A stretch of 64,000 nt of DNA, from assembly GCA_964642835.1 (NCBI GenBank), contig CAZXQA010000001.1, forward strand, positions 68,219 to 132,218, read 5' to 3'. Shown here piece after piece: positions 1 to 9,692 of the stretch (position 1 is the first letter of the stretch; every line of letters starts with the position of its first letter). The notes under the pieces were generated by a model, which did not search any database, had not been told where the DNA came from, and saw only the letters and a program-made list of their open reading frames with translations. This DNA comes from an uncultured Candidatus Saccharibacteria bacterium. Lineage in GTDB: Bacteria > Patescibacteriota > Minisyncoccia > Phycocordibacterales > Zambryskibacteraceae. The position numbers and the translations under genes are program-made.

Positions 1-489
1 CTCTGCCTCTAGCATGAGTTCGAAGAGTTCATCAGTGCTCATGTCGCAGAGGCGCCTCGTTGCTCGCGGGTCCGAGTCCGGCAGAAGGTAGTAGAAGTAA
101 CTCTTTTCCCACTCCTTCGGCTCGATGAGATCGAGGTATTCCCAGAGCGCTTGCCGAGCCACAATATCTTCGAGTGCGCGCTGTGTGCGCGTGTTGAAGT
201 GGAAGACTCGGTAGCCGAATGGGGGGTGAGTGTAGCGCTCCCAGTTCAGGCCCAAGTTGAGATCGAATTCTTTGGAGCCGTTTCTGGTTTTCCAGTACCA
301 GTAGATTGGTTTCCAATACCAATCTGCTTGAGTGAGTCCAACGCCCTTTGCTCTTCGTGGTTGGCCACAGAGGCACACGTACTCAAGCGAGAGCGCGCCG
401 CCTTCCATGTTCATGTTCACCATGACCTTAATGTATGTCTGTCCGCCGATGATCTGGTCCATCCGAGTGATGGGGCGAATTCTTTTCAC
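1..489 (-). CDS. hypothetical protein, 3' end runs off the window (MKRIRPITRMDQII...)
   Basis: Read manually: GTG at 489 preceded by GGAGG, frame open to base 1; upstream TTGACA-N17-TATCAT promoter. Not in the ORF track. Confidence 0.6.
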   Translation of the reverse strand, partial: MKRIRPITRMDQIIGGQTYIKVMVNMNMEGGALSLEYVCLCGQPRRAKGVGLTQADWYWKPIYWYWKTRNGSKEFDLNLGLNWERYTHPPFGYRVFHFNTRTQRALEDIVARQALWEYLDLIEPKEWEKSYFYYLLPDSDPRATRRLCDMSTDELFELMLEAE

Positions 490-604
490 GTTACCTCCTG
501 TTTGAGTAGGGAATGTCCCCGAAAGGACGAAGTTGTACTTACTCTCTACATGATACACCCAAATAGCCTATTTGTCAAGTATCTTATGTAAACCTGGAAA
601 ACAC

Positions 605-1789
605 TTAGAGTTTTATATTGCGAAGGTAATTCGGGAGCATTTCCATAGGAATGGTGTCCTGGGCACGGGTTTGGACATTGCGGATGGTGGCGGTACCGTC
701 GAGGGCCTCCTTGTGGCCGATGATGATGAGATACGGTACACGATATTCCTCGGCACCCTTGAGCTGAACGTCGAGCTTGTCCTTGCCAATGAAGTGGTGG
801 ACGGGGATCTTCTCGCGGCGGAGCATCTCGATGAGGTTTAAGGTCTTCATCTTGGCTTCGCGGCCGAGCTGCACGAGATAGAAGCGAGCCTTGGGTAAGT
901 CTTTATATATCTTCTTCGCGCCCTCCTTCTTGTCCTGATTGAAAATATTTAACCCCGCCATCGGCACTTCCTTGCGCAGACCCATCTTCTTCCCTAGACG
1001 GGAGTAGCGATAGCCTAAGGCGAGGAAGGGATTCTTCGCTCCCGTTTCTATGTCACCTTGCCCGCGACGAATGCCGAAGACGGTGTGCGAGGCATGGTTC
1101 TTCTCGGCGATGAGCGAGTTGTCGAGACCGAACTCAACACCCAAGGACTCGACGAACTCGAGCACCTCCTTGAAGTGAGCGCGCGCGGCACTCGTGAGGA
1201 AGTTGATGGAGGAAGGGGCGGCGGCGGCGAGCTCGCGCATGGCTTCTTCTTCGTGTCGGAAGAGGTTGAAGATGTCCTTCTTGAGACTCTCGCGAAGGTC
1301 CTCTGGGAGACCGGTGCCAGACTTCCTTACGAAGTTGCCCAGCTCACGCTCATAGGAAGCGAGAGAGTCCTTGTCCCCGATGCAGTTGAGATCGACGCGC
1401 ATGTTCTCGAGACCTTCCTCGGCGAGGATGGAGAGACCGGCGCGAATGAGGGCCGCTTCCGCAATGCCCGTCGGCGCGCCGATGTAGTGGAGGCTGTATC
1501 CGCCTGGGGTTACGAGACCACTCGCGCGCTTCTTGGGAGTGGATTTGCGATAAATGAGCGCGAGCGGATGGGGGAGATCGGCGAAGTTCTCTTCTATATA
1601 GGTGCGAATGAGGGCGGCCTTCTCGACGGCGTCGTAGTGCGGCAGCTCGGCGCAGAAGTCGGCCGCGGCGAAGTCGGCTTCAGTCAAGCGCGGCGCGGCA
1701 ATGGGCGTGAAGCCGAAGTAGCTCGCGGTGATGAGAGGCTTATCGAATTCGGTGTTCTGCCAGGTGGGTCGCGACGCTGCCTTATTCAT
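605..1789 (-). CDS. degenerate histidyl-tRNA synthetase paralog with C-terminal HGTP anticodon-binding domain
   Basis: C-terminus (KLDVQLKGAEEYRVPYLIIIGHKEALDGTATIRN) is a class IIa anticodon-binding domain; HisRS-like layout (HFKEVLEFVESLGV, GYRYSRL) but catalytic motifs eroded. Confidence 0.7.
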   Translation of the reverse strand: MNKAASRPTWQNTEFDKPLITASYFGFTPIAAPRLTEADFAAADFCAELPHYDAVEKAALIRTYIEENFADLPHPLALIYRKSTPKKRASGLVTPGGYSLHYIGAPTGIAEAALIRAGLSILAEEGLENMRVDLNCIGDKDSLASYERELGNFVRKSGTGLPEDLRESLKKDIFNLFRHEEEAMRELAAAAPSSINFLTSAARAHFKEVLEFVESLGVEFGLDNSLIAEKNHASHTVFGIRRGQGDIETGAKNPFLALGYRYSRLGKKMGLRKEVPMAGLNIFNQDKKEGAKKIYKDLPKARFYLVQLGREAKMKTLNLIEMLRREKIPVHHFIGKDKLDVQLKGAEEYRVPYLIIIGHKEALDGTATIRNVQTRAQDTIPMEMLPNYLRNIKL

Positions 1790-1803
1790 ATTGTGGGTCT
1801 CGG

Positions 1804-2382
1804 TTAGTTGCTCTGGTAGGTCGGATGGTTGCCCGGGAAGAAGCCGAATGGAAGGGCGCGGAGGAATGGTCGCCCGACAATATCACTCGTTGGCACTGGT
1901 CCCCAGAGGCGCGAGTCGGCACTCTGCGCGCGGTTGTCACCCATGACGAAGTACTCGCCCTGGCCCAAGGTATACGAGAGCGTGTCGGCCTTCGTCCATT
2001 CGACATATGGCTCATCCAGTACCAAGCCCTCTGGGTATTGCGAAGAGGTAATTGTTACGCGGCCTTCCTTAATGGAAACGATTTCGCCTGGCAAGCCGAT
2101 AATGCGCTTGATAAACGACTTCGAGGGGTCCTTCGGGTACTTAAAGACAAGCACCGAGCCGCGCTCTGGGGTCTCGAAGCGGTACGAGAGCTCGTCGACA
2201 ATGAGGTAGTCGCCGTCTTTGAAGGTGGGATACATCGACGCGCCCTCAACGACGAATGGCTGAGCGATCCAGAGACGGAATGGCACGACGATGACGATCG
2301 AGAGAACGGCCAGTTTGAGAAGTTCCTTCCAATCCCAGAAGCTCTTTGGCGTCACGATCTGGTTTTTGGAATTTTTTTCCAT
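1804..2382 (-). CDS. lepB: signal peptidase I
   Basis: GASMYPT (catalytic Ser), FIKRIIGLPGE (Lys), MGDNRAQSADSR; start reassigned to MEKNSK at 2382. Confidence 0.95.
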   Translation of the reverse strand: MEKNSKNQIVTPKSFWDWKELLKLAVLSIVIVVPFRLWIAQPFVVEGASMYPTFKDGDYLIVDELSYRFETPERGSVLVFKYPKDPSKSFIKRIIGLPGEIVSIKEGRVTITSSQYPEGLVLDEPYVEWTKADTLSYTLGQGEYFVMGDNRAQSADSRLWGPVPTSDIVGRPFLRALPFGFFPGNHPTYQSN

Positions 2383-2431
2383 ACGAATTACAGAGATTGT
2401 ATTATTTAAGTTCGTTTGACACAATAGCTGC

Positions 2432-2959
2432 ATGTATATCGTCGTTGGTTTGGGCAATCCTGGGAGCGAATATGAGAAGACTCGGCACAATACGGGTCGT
2501 CTTGCGAGTGAAGTTGTCGCGGAAAAGGTGGAGAAGGTCAAGGTGCTCGTCCCCGATACCTTCATGAATAAGACCGGCAGCGCAGTGATGAAAGTCGTCA
2601 AGAGTAAAAAGGCGGCCGAGAAATTAATTGTAATCTATGACGATCTCGATCTGCCCCTCGGAACGATGAAAGTCTCCTTTGATCGCGGCTCAGGCGGACA
2701 CAATGGCTTGGAGTCCATCATCAAAGCGGTGAAGACGCGCGCTTTCACCCGCATTCGTGTCGGCATCGCGCCTGTGACACCCTCGGGCAAGATGAAGGGG
2801 CGTCCGGCTGGAGGCAAAGAGCTTGAGTCCTATATTCTCGGTGACTGGAAGCCGAAGGAAATGGAAATTTTAAAAAAGGTGTTCAAAAAAGTAGCCGAAG
2901 CCGTCGAAATTCTTAAAGAAGAGGGTCTCCAGAGCGCGATGACGAAGTGTAATTCATAA
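2432..2959 (+). CDS. pth: peptidyl-tRNA hydrolase
   Basis: VGLGNPG..YEKTRHN, TFMNKTG, YDDLDLP, GGHNG, RIRVGI. Confidence 0.96.
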   Translation: MYIVVGLGNPGSEYEKTRHNTGRLASEVVAEKVEKVKVLVPDTFMNKTGSAVMKVVKSKKAAEKLIVIYDDLDLPLGTMKVSFDRGSGGHNGLESIIKAVKTRAFTRIRVGIAPVTPSGKMKGRPAGGKELESYILGDWKPKEMEILKKVFKKVAEAVEILKEEGLQSAMTKCNS

Positions 2960-2962
2960 AGC

Positions 2963-3727
2963 ATGGTTGATCGTATTAGAAACAACTTCTCCGGCGTTGT
3001 GGGTGCGTACGTTAAGTATCGTCGCGGTTATACGGCAGAGGTATACGAAGTGATGTATGCTTTTTGCCCTGACATAAACTCTCGCGTTCTGGATGTCGGT
3101 TGCGGTACGGGGATCGTGACCAACGAGCTGGCGGGTCATTATGCACATGTTACCGGCATTGATATTGCCGAGAAGATGCTTGAAGTAGCTCGTATCAATA
3201 AACTGGATAACGTTGATCTGCTCGCCGCTTCTGCAGAGAATCTTCCTTTCTTCGATGCTTCATTTGACTTAGTGACCGCTTCCGTCGCGTATCACTGGTT
3301 CAATTATGACAAGGCGGGGAAAGAAATTGTCCGGGTCCTTAAGCCGCAGGGTAAGTTATGCGTTATCTCGAAATATATTCCCGAAAGCTTGGCCGCCGGA
3401 GCTCCCGGATACTTGCCGCTTTTCGCCCTGGAGAATTTGGAGAAGTTTGTTCCCGAAGTGCCTCATACGAATAAAGAGAAGATCGGTGAGCCCATATTTA
3501 CCCGGGTCGGTTTTACGCAGGTAAGCTCCCGTAAAGTGGAGATTGATGACGTCTATACCAAAGAAGAAATTCTTGGCTTCATCCAGTCTCACTCGACGTT
3601 TAACCTGTTAACCTCGGAGCAGCAGGAGGAATATAAAAAGCTCAATGAGAAGTCCGTCGACCAACATCTCGTCGACGGGAAATATACCATCAAAGCCTGC
3701 GTCGAAATGTGGTTGTGTAATAAATAA
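2963..3727 (+). CDS. class I SAM-dependent methyltransferase
   Basis: VLDVGCGTG, SAENLPF.DASFDLV, YHWF. Confidence 0.9.
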   Translation: MVDRIRNNFSGVVGAYVKYRRGYTAEVYEVMYAFCPDINSRVLDVGCGTGIVTNELAGHYAHVTGIDIAEKMLEVARINKLDNVDLLAASAENLPFFDASFDLVTASVAYHWFNYDKAGKEIVRVLKPQGKLCVISKYIPESLAAGAPGYLPLFALENLEKFVPEVPHTNKEKIGEPIFTRVGFTQVSSRKVEIDDVYTKEEILGFIQSHSTFNLLTSEQQEEYKKLNEKSVDQHLVDGKYTIKACVEMWLCNK

Positions 3728-3731
3728 AACA

Positions 3732-3760
3732 CGCCGCGAACTGTTCGTCAGTTCGCGGCG
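3732..3760. terminator. hairpin between convergent genes
   Basis: CGCCGCGAACTG/CAGTTCGCGGCG perfect 12-bp stem. Confidence 0.65.
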
Positions 3761-3766
3761 GGGAGG

Positions 3767-4258
3767 TCAGGAGTGGCCGAATGGCTTTGTTGATTTCGGC
3801 TCGTACCACTCATCGAGGTAGCTGTCGAAGTAATTATTGTGGGGGAACGGACGTTCTCGCAGATGCTGGTGATTGCGGACAAAGCAAAATGGAGTAAGGA
3901 ACTTCATAAGCTTCTCGGCCTCACCATCCGTCTTGTTGAAGAAGAGTTGGGAAGGGAAGATCGAGACGAGTTCGGCATACCCATTCGTGTTGTCGTCCCT
4001 CACCGTGTAGAGCTGGATAGCACTTCCATTCAAGAGGTCATACTGATCCAGCTGAGCCGTTTCTCGGTACAAATCTCCGCTACGGCCGCCGCTCATTCGC
4101 CATTCGGATAATGACTTGTAGTAGGACTTCTCAAAGTATTCTCGTACCGCCTCGATTATGCCGGCCAGATCTTTTGAGACGCAGAGGTAAAAACCGCCTG
4201 AGGTCAGAATCATAAAGCTCCTTTTGGGAAGGCAAGAATGACTTATGTCTGAAAACAT
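3767..4258 (-). CDS. hypothetical protein
   Basis: 163-aa ORF with AAGGAG SD; no recognisable motif. Confidence 0.6.
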   Translation of the reverse strand: MFSDISHSCLPKRSFMILTSGGFYLCVSKDLAGIIEAVREYFEKSYYKSLSEWRMSGGRSGDLYRETAQLDQYDLLNGSAIQLYTVRDDNTNGYAELVSIFPSQLFFNKTDGEAEKLMKFLTPFCFVRNHQHLRERPFPHNNYFDSYLDEWYEPKSTKPFGHS

Positions 4259-4280
4259 ATTACGTATCTCCTTTGAAATA

Positions 4281-4310
4281 GCAAAATCCGCCCCGAAGGG
4301 CGGATTTTGC
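4281..4310 (-). terminator. intrinsic terminator after rpsA
   Basis: 13-bp stem GCAAAATCCGCCC with TTCG loop on the minus strand. Confidence 0.75.
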
Positions 4311-4328
4311 GTACAAAGCGTTTGAGAA

Positions 4329-5525
4329 TTACTTCGCGATGTAGCTCAAGGCCATCTTCTGCTCCTTCGGATCGAAGAGGGTGATCTTGAAGTTGTAGAC
4401 CTTACCCATTTCAAGCGTGGAGCGGAGCTTTTCCTCCGAACCGAACTCAGAAATGTGAACCAAGCCCGCGACACCTTCCTCAATCGAGGCCAAGGCACCG
4501 TGCTTGTTGAACTTAATGATAACGCCGGAGACAGTGTCGTCCTTCTTGTACTTCTTCTCCGCTTCGCGCCATGGGTTCTCCTTCAAGGCCTTGATCGAGA
4601 GGGAAATCTTGCCCTCCTTGATCTCGATAACCTTCACGCGGACCTTCTCACCAATCTTGAACATGGTCTTTGGATTCTCGACGAGACCCCAATCGATTTC
4701 GGAGATGTGCACGAGGCCTTCGAGACCTTCTTCAAGCTTCACGAAGACACCGAAGTCGACGAGACCCGTCACTTCACCTGCTACTTCGTCGCCCAAAGCG
4801 TACTTCGAGAGCGTCGTTTCCTTGTCCTTAGTCTCAGGAGACTTCTCGGAGAAGATGAGCTTGCCCTCCTTCGGGTTCGCGCCGATCATCGTCACGAGGA
4901 GACGTTCACCCACGAGCTTCCTCAATTCATCGAGGATCTTGTCCTTGTCACCGTCCGCGATGCGCGGATAGTGCTCAGGCTTCAACTGAGAAGCGGGGAG
5001 GAAGCCAGTAATGCCCTGCCAGTTGATGATCAGACCACCCTTGTTGGCATCCATGACTGGGAGATCGAAGGCGCGCTTCTCCTTGATAGCATCCTCAGCT
5101 TCCGACCAGATAATGGCCTGACGAGCTTCCTTAAGAGAGATCTCGATGTAGCCTTCCTTGCCACCGAAGTCGACGACCTTGCCGTTCACTGTGTCGCCTA
5201 CGTTAATGCGCTTGATAATGTCGCGCGCGTTCTGGAATTCCTTGCCGTAAATGATACCGGTACCGAACGGAGGGAGGTCAATGTAAACCGCGCCCTTGTC
5301 GATCGAGATTACCGGACCCTCGACCATGTCGTCGATCGCTGGGGGAACAGGGAGCGTCTCGAGGTACGAGTTAACAGCCTCGGCGGCGGCGTCGAGGACC
5401 TTTTCTTTCTTTACCTTAGGAGCTTTCTCCTTCTTTACCGCTTCCTTCTTGGGAGCTTTAACAGTCTCAACGACCGCGTCCGAAGCTTCTGCTTCAGTTT
5501 TCTTCTTTCTGCCGAACAATGCCAT
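4329..5525 (-). CDS. rpsA: 30S ribosomal protein S1 (four S1 domains, Lys-rich N-terminal extension)
   Basis: Repeated S1 motifs (GFLPASQL, FGVFVKLEEGLEGLVHISEIDW, GLVHISEF); start MALFGRKKK at 5525. Confidence 0.92.
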   Translation of the reverse strand: MALFGRKKKTEAEASDAVVETVKAPKKEAVKKEKAPKVKKEKVLDAAAEAVNSYLETLPVPPAIDDMVEGPVISIDKGAVYIDLPPFGTGIIYGKEFQNARDIIKRINVGDTVNGKVVDFGGKEGYIEISLKEARQAIIWSEAEDAIKEKRAFDLPVMDANKGGLIINWQGITGFLPASQLKPEHYPRIADGDKDKILDELRKLVGERLLVTMIGANPKEGKLIFSEKSPETKDKETTLSKYALGDEVAGEVTGLVDFGVFVKLEEGLEGLVHISEIDWGLVENPKTMFKIGEKVRVKVIEIKEGKISLSIKALKENPWREAEKKYKKDDTVSGVIIKFNKHGALASIEEGVAGLVHISEFGSEEKLRSTLEMGKVYNFKITLFDPKEQKMALSYIAK

Positions 5526-5537
5526 ATATAGTGTGTG

Positions 5538-5591
5538 CCGTTGCCGGTCCTCGTGGGTCATCAGTGGTTGCCAGACCGCGAGGGATAACGG
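5538..5591 (-). promoter_or_regulatory. structured 5' leader of rpsA (candidate autoregulatory element)
   Basis: Nested stems CCGTT/AACGG, CCTCG/CGAGG, GGTC/GACC directly upstream of the start codon. Confidence 0.45.
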
Positions 5592-5692
5592 AAACGGGGG
5601 TTAATAAGGAACGGGGCCATAGTAACATATTTTGAGCATAAGAAAAGGGCAGACCGTGGAGGTCTGCCCTTGTGTTGTGTTCATCTTCCGTC

Positions 5693-6166
5693 TTACTGAA
5701 TGGCTTCCTTCGGTGCGCAGAGTTGGCCAACGAAGTCATGCATGAAGGCAAGTGCGCCCTGCGTGTCACCATTGCTTCGGAGACGTGTCAGCGCTTCTTC
5801 AGTCTTGCGGCGCGTGTCGCTGTTGAGAAACTGATTGAGACCGCTGTGACTCATCACGACGTAGGCCCAAGTCGAGGGCGCGTCGTAGCTCTCAGCTTTC
5901 TTGTTGATGAGCTCGGAAATGATCTTGAGAATCTCAGTCGACTTCGGCTCGAACTGCTCAGGCGTCACACTGAGCTCGGCACCCTTGATGTCAAGAATGG
6001 TCGCGAGCTGGTGACCTTTTGCGATGAAGGCGAGCATCCGCTTCATCTCGTCGACTTGTGTTTCGAGTTGGCGCTTGTGCTGCAGGAACTGCGTGATGCA
6101 GTAGACCATGCCGAGCAATCCTACTGTGAAGATCACCGTGAGAACGACGATTGCAATGCTGTTCAT
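5693..6166 (-). CDS. hypothetical single-pass membrane protein
   Basis: N-terminal hydrophobic helix followed by coiled coil; AAGGA SD before MNSIAIVV. Confidence 0.65.
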   Translation of the reverse strand: MNSIAIVVLTVIFTVGLLGMVYCITQFLQHKRQLETQVDEMKRMLAFIAKGHQLATILDIKGAELSVTPEQFEPKSTEILKIISELINKKAESYDAPSTWAYVVMSHSGLNQFLNSDTRRKTEEALTRLRSNGDTQGALAFMHDFVGQLCAPKEAIQ

Positions 6167-6313
6167 GTCACTATCCTTGTGGAAGAGCAAAGAAAGAATA
6201 GAAAGCGGAATTGCCTCCCATCCCTTCCTCACGTCTTTTTATATCCTATCATATATTAATCTTTTTGTCAAGCATGATATTTGAGGGCTAATTTGCTATA
6301 CTTCGGGGTACAT

Positions 6314-6877
6314 ATGATTATCACGCACCAGGGTGGAGGGAGCTTGAAGATTTCTCATGGCGACTTGTCGCTCGCCGTTAACCCTCCGGCCAAAACGAGC
6401 GCCGACGTGACCCTCTTCTCGACGCTCCGCGCCGAAACAGCCGAGAAATCAGGCTTCGTCATCGACGGCCCCGGTGAGTACGAAGTGAAAGATATCTTCA
6501 TCAAGGGCTTCCTCTCCGAGGGCAAAGATGTCTACAACACCATTTACCTCATCACCTTCGAAGGGATGAAGCTCTGCATCCTCGGTGCCTTGGCGAACCC
6601 AGAACTCAAGTCGGAACTTATCGAATCTCTCGAGGATATCGATATCCTTTTCGTGCCAGCTGGAGGCGCTGCCGTTCTCGAACCAGCTGCCGCTTACAAG
6701 CTTGCCGTTTCTCTTGAGCCTTCGGTTATTATCCCAACTCACACCGACAAGACCTCTCTCTCGCAGTTCTTGAAGGAAGGAGGCCAAGCCACTGTTGCCG
6801 CGATTGAGAAGTATGTCGTGAAGAAAAAGGATCTCGAAGGCAAGGAGGGCGAAGTCGTAGTGTTGAAAGAAGAGTAA
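6314..6877 (+). CDS. MBL-fold hydrolase-like protein (metal ligands degenerate)
   Basis: IDGPGEYEVK, DIDILFVPAGG, EPSVIIPTH typical of the family; HxHxDH absent. Confidence 0.8.
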   Translation: MIITHQGGGSLKISHGDLSLAVNPPAKTSADVTLFSTLRAETAEKSGFVIDGPGEYEVKDIFIKGFLSEGKDVYNTIYLITFEGMKLCILGALANPELKSELIESLEDIDILFVPAGGAAVLEPAAAYKLAVSLEPSVIIPTHTDKTSLSQFLKEGGQATVAAIEKYVVKKKDLEGKEGEVVVLKEE

Positions 6878-6887
6878 CCAATACATT

Positions 6888-7229
6888 ATGAGAACATATC
6901 TCTCCACTCTCCGTCAGCGGCCCGAACATCATCAGAAGAATTTCTCGATGGCGGTTTCCGGCGCGGTGACGCTCGTGATCTTCGCGGGCTGGCTCATGGT
7001 GAGGACGCATGGCAGTGAAGTGGTGGCCGAGAATCCGACCGGCACCCGCACTCTCGCCGCGGTGAACGAAGTGGGACCGCTCGAATCTCTCGGTGACTCC
7101 TTCACCTCCGCGTGGAACTCGCTCAAGGCTGGTTGGGGGACGCTCACCGAGAGCATAGGGGAAATTGACGTCCGTTCGGGTTATGATGAACTCCGCGAGG
7201 AGTCGAGTGTCAGCACGTATGGCAACTAA
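6888..7229 (+). CDS. hypothetical membrane protein
   Basis: One TM segment; overlaps the gyrA start. Confidence 0.7.
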   Translation: MRTYLSTLRQRPEHHQKNFSMAVSGAVTLVIFAGWLMVRTHGSEVVAENPTGTRTLAAVNEVGPLESLGDSFTSAWNSLKAGWGTLTESIGEIDVRSGYDELREESSVSTYGN

Positions 7230-9675
7230 CGAAGAAACAAACATTCCAAACGCCGGCGACCGCATTGTCGCTCGCCAGATCACGGCCGAGATGAAGGACT
7301 CCTTCATCGACTACGCGATGTCGGTTATTACCGACCGCGCTCTTCCTGACGTCCGCGACGGCTTGAAGCCGGTGCACCGCCGCATTCTGTTCTCCATGCA
7401 TGAGAAGGGCCTCACCGCTTCCGCGAAGACTCGTAAGTCCGCAACGGTGGTGGGAGACGTGATCGGTTCGTATCACCCGCACGGCGACGTCGCCGTCTAT
7501 GACGCCATGGTTCGCTTGGCACAGGACTTCGCCATGCGCTATCCGCTCGTCATTGGCCAAGGTAACTTCGGTTCGATCGACGGCGACGGCGCGGCCGCTT
7601 ACCGCTATACCGAGGCGAAGATGAGTAAGCTCGCGAGCGAAATGCTTCGCGACATCGACAAGGAGACCGTCGACTTCCGTCCGAACTACGACGGAACCAA
7701 GGAGGAGCCGGTGGTCTTGCCAGCGGCCGCGCCGAACCTCCTTCTGAACGGTCAGCTAGGTATCGCCGTCGGTATGGCGACGAACATTCCGCCGCACAAC
7801 TTGAACGAAGTCGTCGACGCGACGATCATGCTCGTGAACGACCCGGAGGCTACGACCGAGGATCTCCTTGAGTTCGTGAAGGGCCCTGACTTCCCAACGG
7901 GGGGCGTCATTTTCAATGAAAAAGATATTCATCAGGCGTATGCCACCGGTCGTGGTCCTGTCGTAACGCGCGGCGTCGCCGAGATCACCGAGAACAAGAA
8001 GGGCGATTTCCAAATCATCATTTCCGAAATTCCGTATCGCGTGAACAAGGCTGACCTCATCGAGAAGATCGCCGAACTTCACCGCGAGAAGAAAATCGAA
8101 GGCATCAAGGGTTTGCGCGACGAATCGACGAAGGATATCCGCATCGCCATTGATTTGAAGCAGGGCAGTCAACCGCAGAAGGTGTTGAACTCTCTCTATA
8201 AGCACACCCAACTCGAGGACACCTTCCACTTGAACCTCGTGGCGCTCGTCGACGGCGTGCCGCAAACACTCTCACTCAAGGCCATTCTCGAAGAATTCAT
8301 CAAGCATCGCAAAGACGTCGTGAAGCGCCGCGCCACCTACGATCTGCGCATCGCCGAGGCGCGCGAACACATTCTCCTGGGTCTCTCGAAGGCTCTCGAC
8401 CACATTGACGAGATCATCAGGCTCATCAAGGCCTCAAAGAATGTCGAAGAAGCGCGCGATAATCTCATGAAGAAGTACAAGTTCTCGGAGATTCAGGCGA
8501 ACGCCATTCTCGAAATGCGCCTCCAGAAGCTCTCTGGCCTCGAGCGTCAGAAGATCGAAGACGAGCTCAAAGAAGTTCAGGATCTCATCAAAGAGTTGAA
8601 GGAGCTTCTTGCTTCCGCGGCGAAGATCCTCAAGGTAGTGAAGGACGAACTCGAATCCCTGAAGGAGAAGTACGGCGACGCTCGCCGCACGCGCGTCATG
8701 AAGGGCGCCGTGAAGAACCTCTCTGTCGAGGATCTTATTCCAGAAGAAGAAAACGCCCTCGTCCTCACCTCGGGCGGTTACATCAAGCGCACGAACCCTG
8801 ACGAGTACAAGCGCCAGAAGCGCGGTGGTGTCGGCGTCGTCGACCTTGATACCAAGGAGGAAGACTTCGTGACGAATTTCCTTACCGCGTCTACTCACGA
8901 CGACCTCCTCTTCTTCACCAACCGCGGTAAGGCCTACCAGATCAAGATGTATGACCTTCCGGAAGGCAAGCGAGCCACGAAGGGTAAGGCGATCGTAAAC
9001 TTCATCGCTCTCTCGGACGATGAACGCGTTACCTCGATTCTCCCGATGCCGAAGAACTTAAAGCAGATCGAAGGCTCGCTCCTTATGATCACCGCCCAGG
9101 GTACGGGCAAGAAGGTTTCCGCCAAGTCCTTCCACGACGTCCGCTCCTCGGGCATTATCGCTATCCGTCTCGACGCCGGCGACAGCCTGGTCTCAGTTTC
9201 GCACGTAGAGAAGGGTGATGACGCCTCGATCGTGACAAAGGAGGGAATGTCCATCCGTTTCAAAGAGTCAGACATCCGCGAGATGGGCCGCACGGCGGGC
9301 GGTGTTCGTGCCATGAAGCTCGACAAGAATGACGTCGTCGTCGGCGCGCATGTTATTAAAAAGGAATACAAAGATTGCTGGCTTCTCGTTATTTCGGCGA
9401 ACGGCTACGGCAAGCGCACGGAACTTTCTGAATACAAGATCCAGGGCCGCGGCGGCTCCGGCATTCTTACCTCCAAAGTGACGGCGAAGACGGGAGAAGT
9501 CATTTCCTCGCAGATTATTCACTCCGAAGAAGAAGAGGTGGTTGCCATTTCCAAAAAGAGTCAGGTTGTCCGCACCGGCGTCAATGAAATCCCTGTTCTC
9601 TCCCGCTCCACGCAGGGAGTAAGAATTATGAAACTTCGTGAAGGGGATAGCTTGGCTTCCCTCATCTGTTTGTAG
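7219..9675 (+). CDS. gyrA: DNA gyrase subunit A
   Basis: [32 protein letters not shown] (catalytic Tyr), GyrA-box QKRGGVG, C-terminal pinwheel repeats. Confidence 0.98.
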   Translation: MATNEETNIPNAGDRIVARQITAEMKDSFIDYAMSVITDRALPDVRDGLKPVHRRILFSMHEKGLTASAKTRKSATVVGDVIGSYHPHGDVAVYDAMVRLAQDFAMRYPLVIGQGNFGSIDGDGAAAYRYTEAKMSKLASEMLRDIDKETVDFRPNYDGTKEEPVVLPAAAPNLLLNGQLGIAVGMATNIPPHNLNEVVDATIMLVNDPEATTEDLLEFVKGPDFPTGGVIFNEKDIHQAYATGRGPVVTRGVAEITENKKGDFQIIISEIPYRVNKADLIEKIAELHREKKIEGIKGLRDESTKDIRIAIDLKQGSQPQKVLNSLYKHTQLEDTFHLNLVALVDGVPQTLSLKAILEEFIKHRKDVVKRRATYDLRIAEAREHILLGLSKALDHIDEIIRLIKASKNVEEARDNLMKKYKFSEIQANAILEMRLQKLSGLERQKIEDELKEVQDLIKELKELLASAAKILKVVKDELESLKEKYGDARRTRVMKGAVKNLSVEDLIPEEENALVLTSGGYIKRTNPDEYKRQKRGGVGVVDLDTKEEDFVTNFLTASTHDDLLFFTNRGKAYQIKMYDLPEGKRATKGKAIVNFIALSDDERVTSILPMPKNLKQIEGSLLMITAQGTGKKVSAKSFHDVRSSGIIAIRLDAGDSLVSVSHVEKGDDASIVTKEGMSIRFKESDIREMGRTAGGVRAMKLDKNDVVVGAHVIKKEYKDCWLLVISANGYGKRTELSEYKIQGRGGSGILTSKVTAKTGEVISSQIIHSEEEEVVAISKKSQVVRTGVNEIPVLSRSTQGVRIMKLREGDSLASLICL

Positions 9676-9692
9676 CCGCTACAATAAGGAGT

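Noticed and set aside
151-591. Plus-strand 146-aa ORF
   Set aside because: The opposite strand has the SD, promoter and an open frame to the window edge.
4455-5531. Long antisense ORFs opposite rpsA, dnaE, gyrA, proS, clpB, smc and others
   Set aside because: Shadow ORFs from biased codon usage on the coding strand; no motifs, SDs or promoters.
5545-5565. Hammerhead ribozyme (CTGATGA on the minus strand in the rpsA leader)
   Set aside because: No GAAA core after a stem II and no compatible three-way junction.
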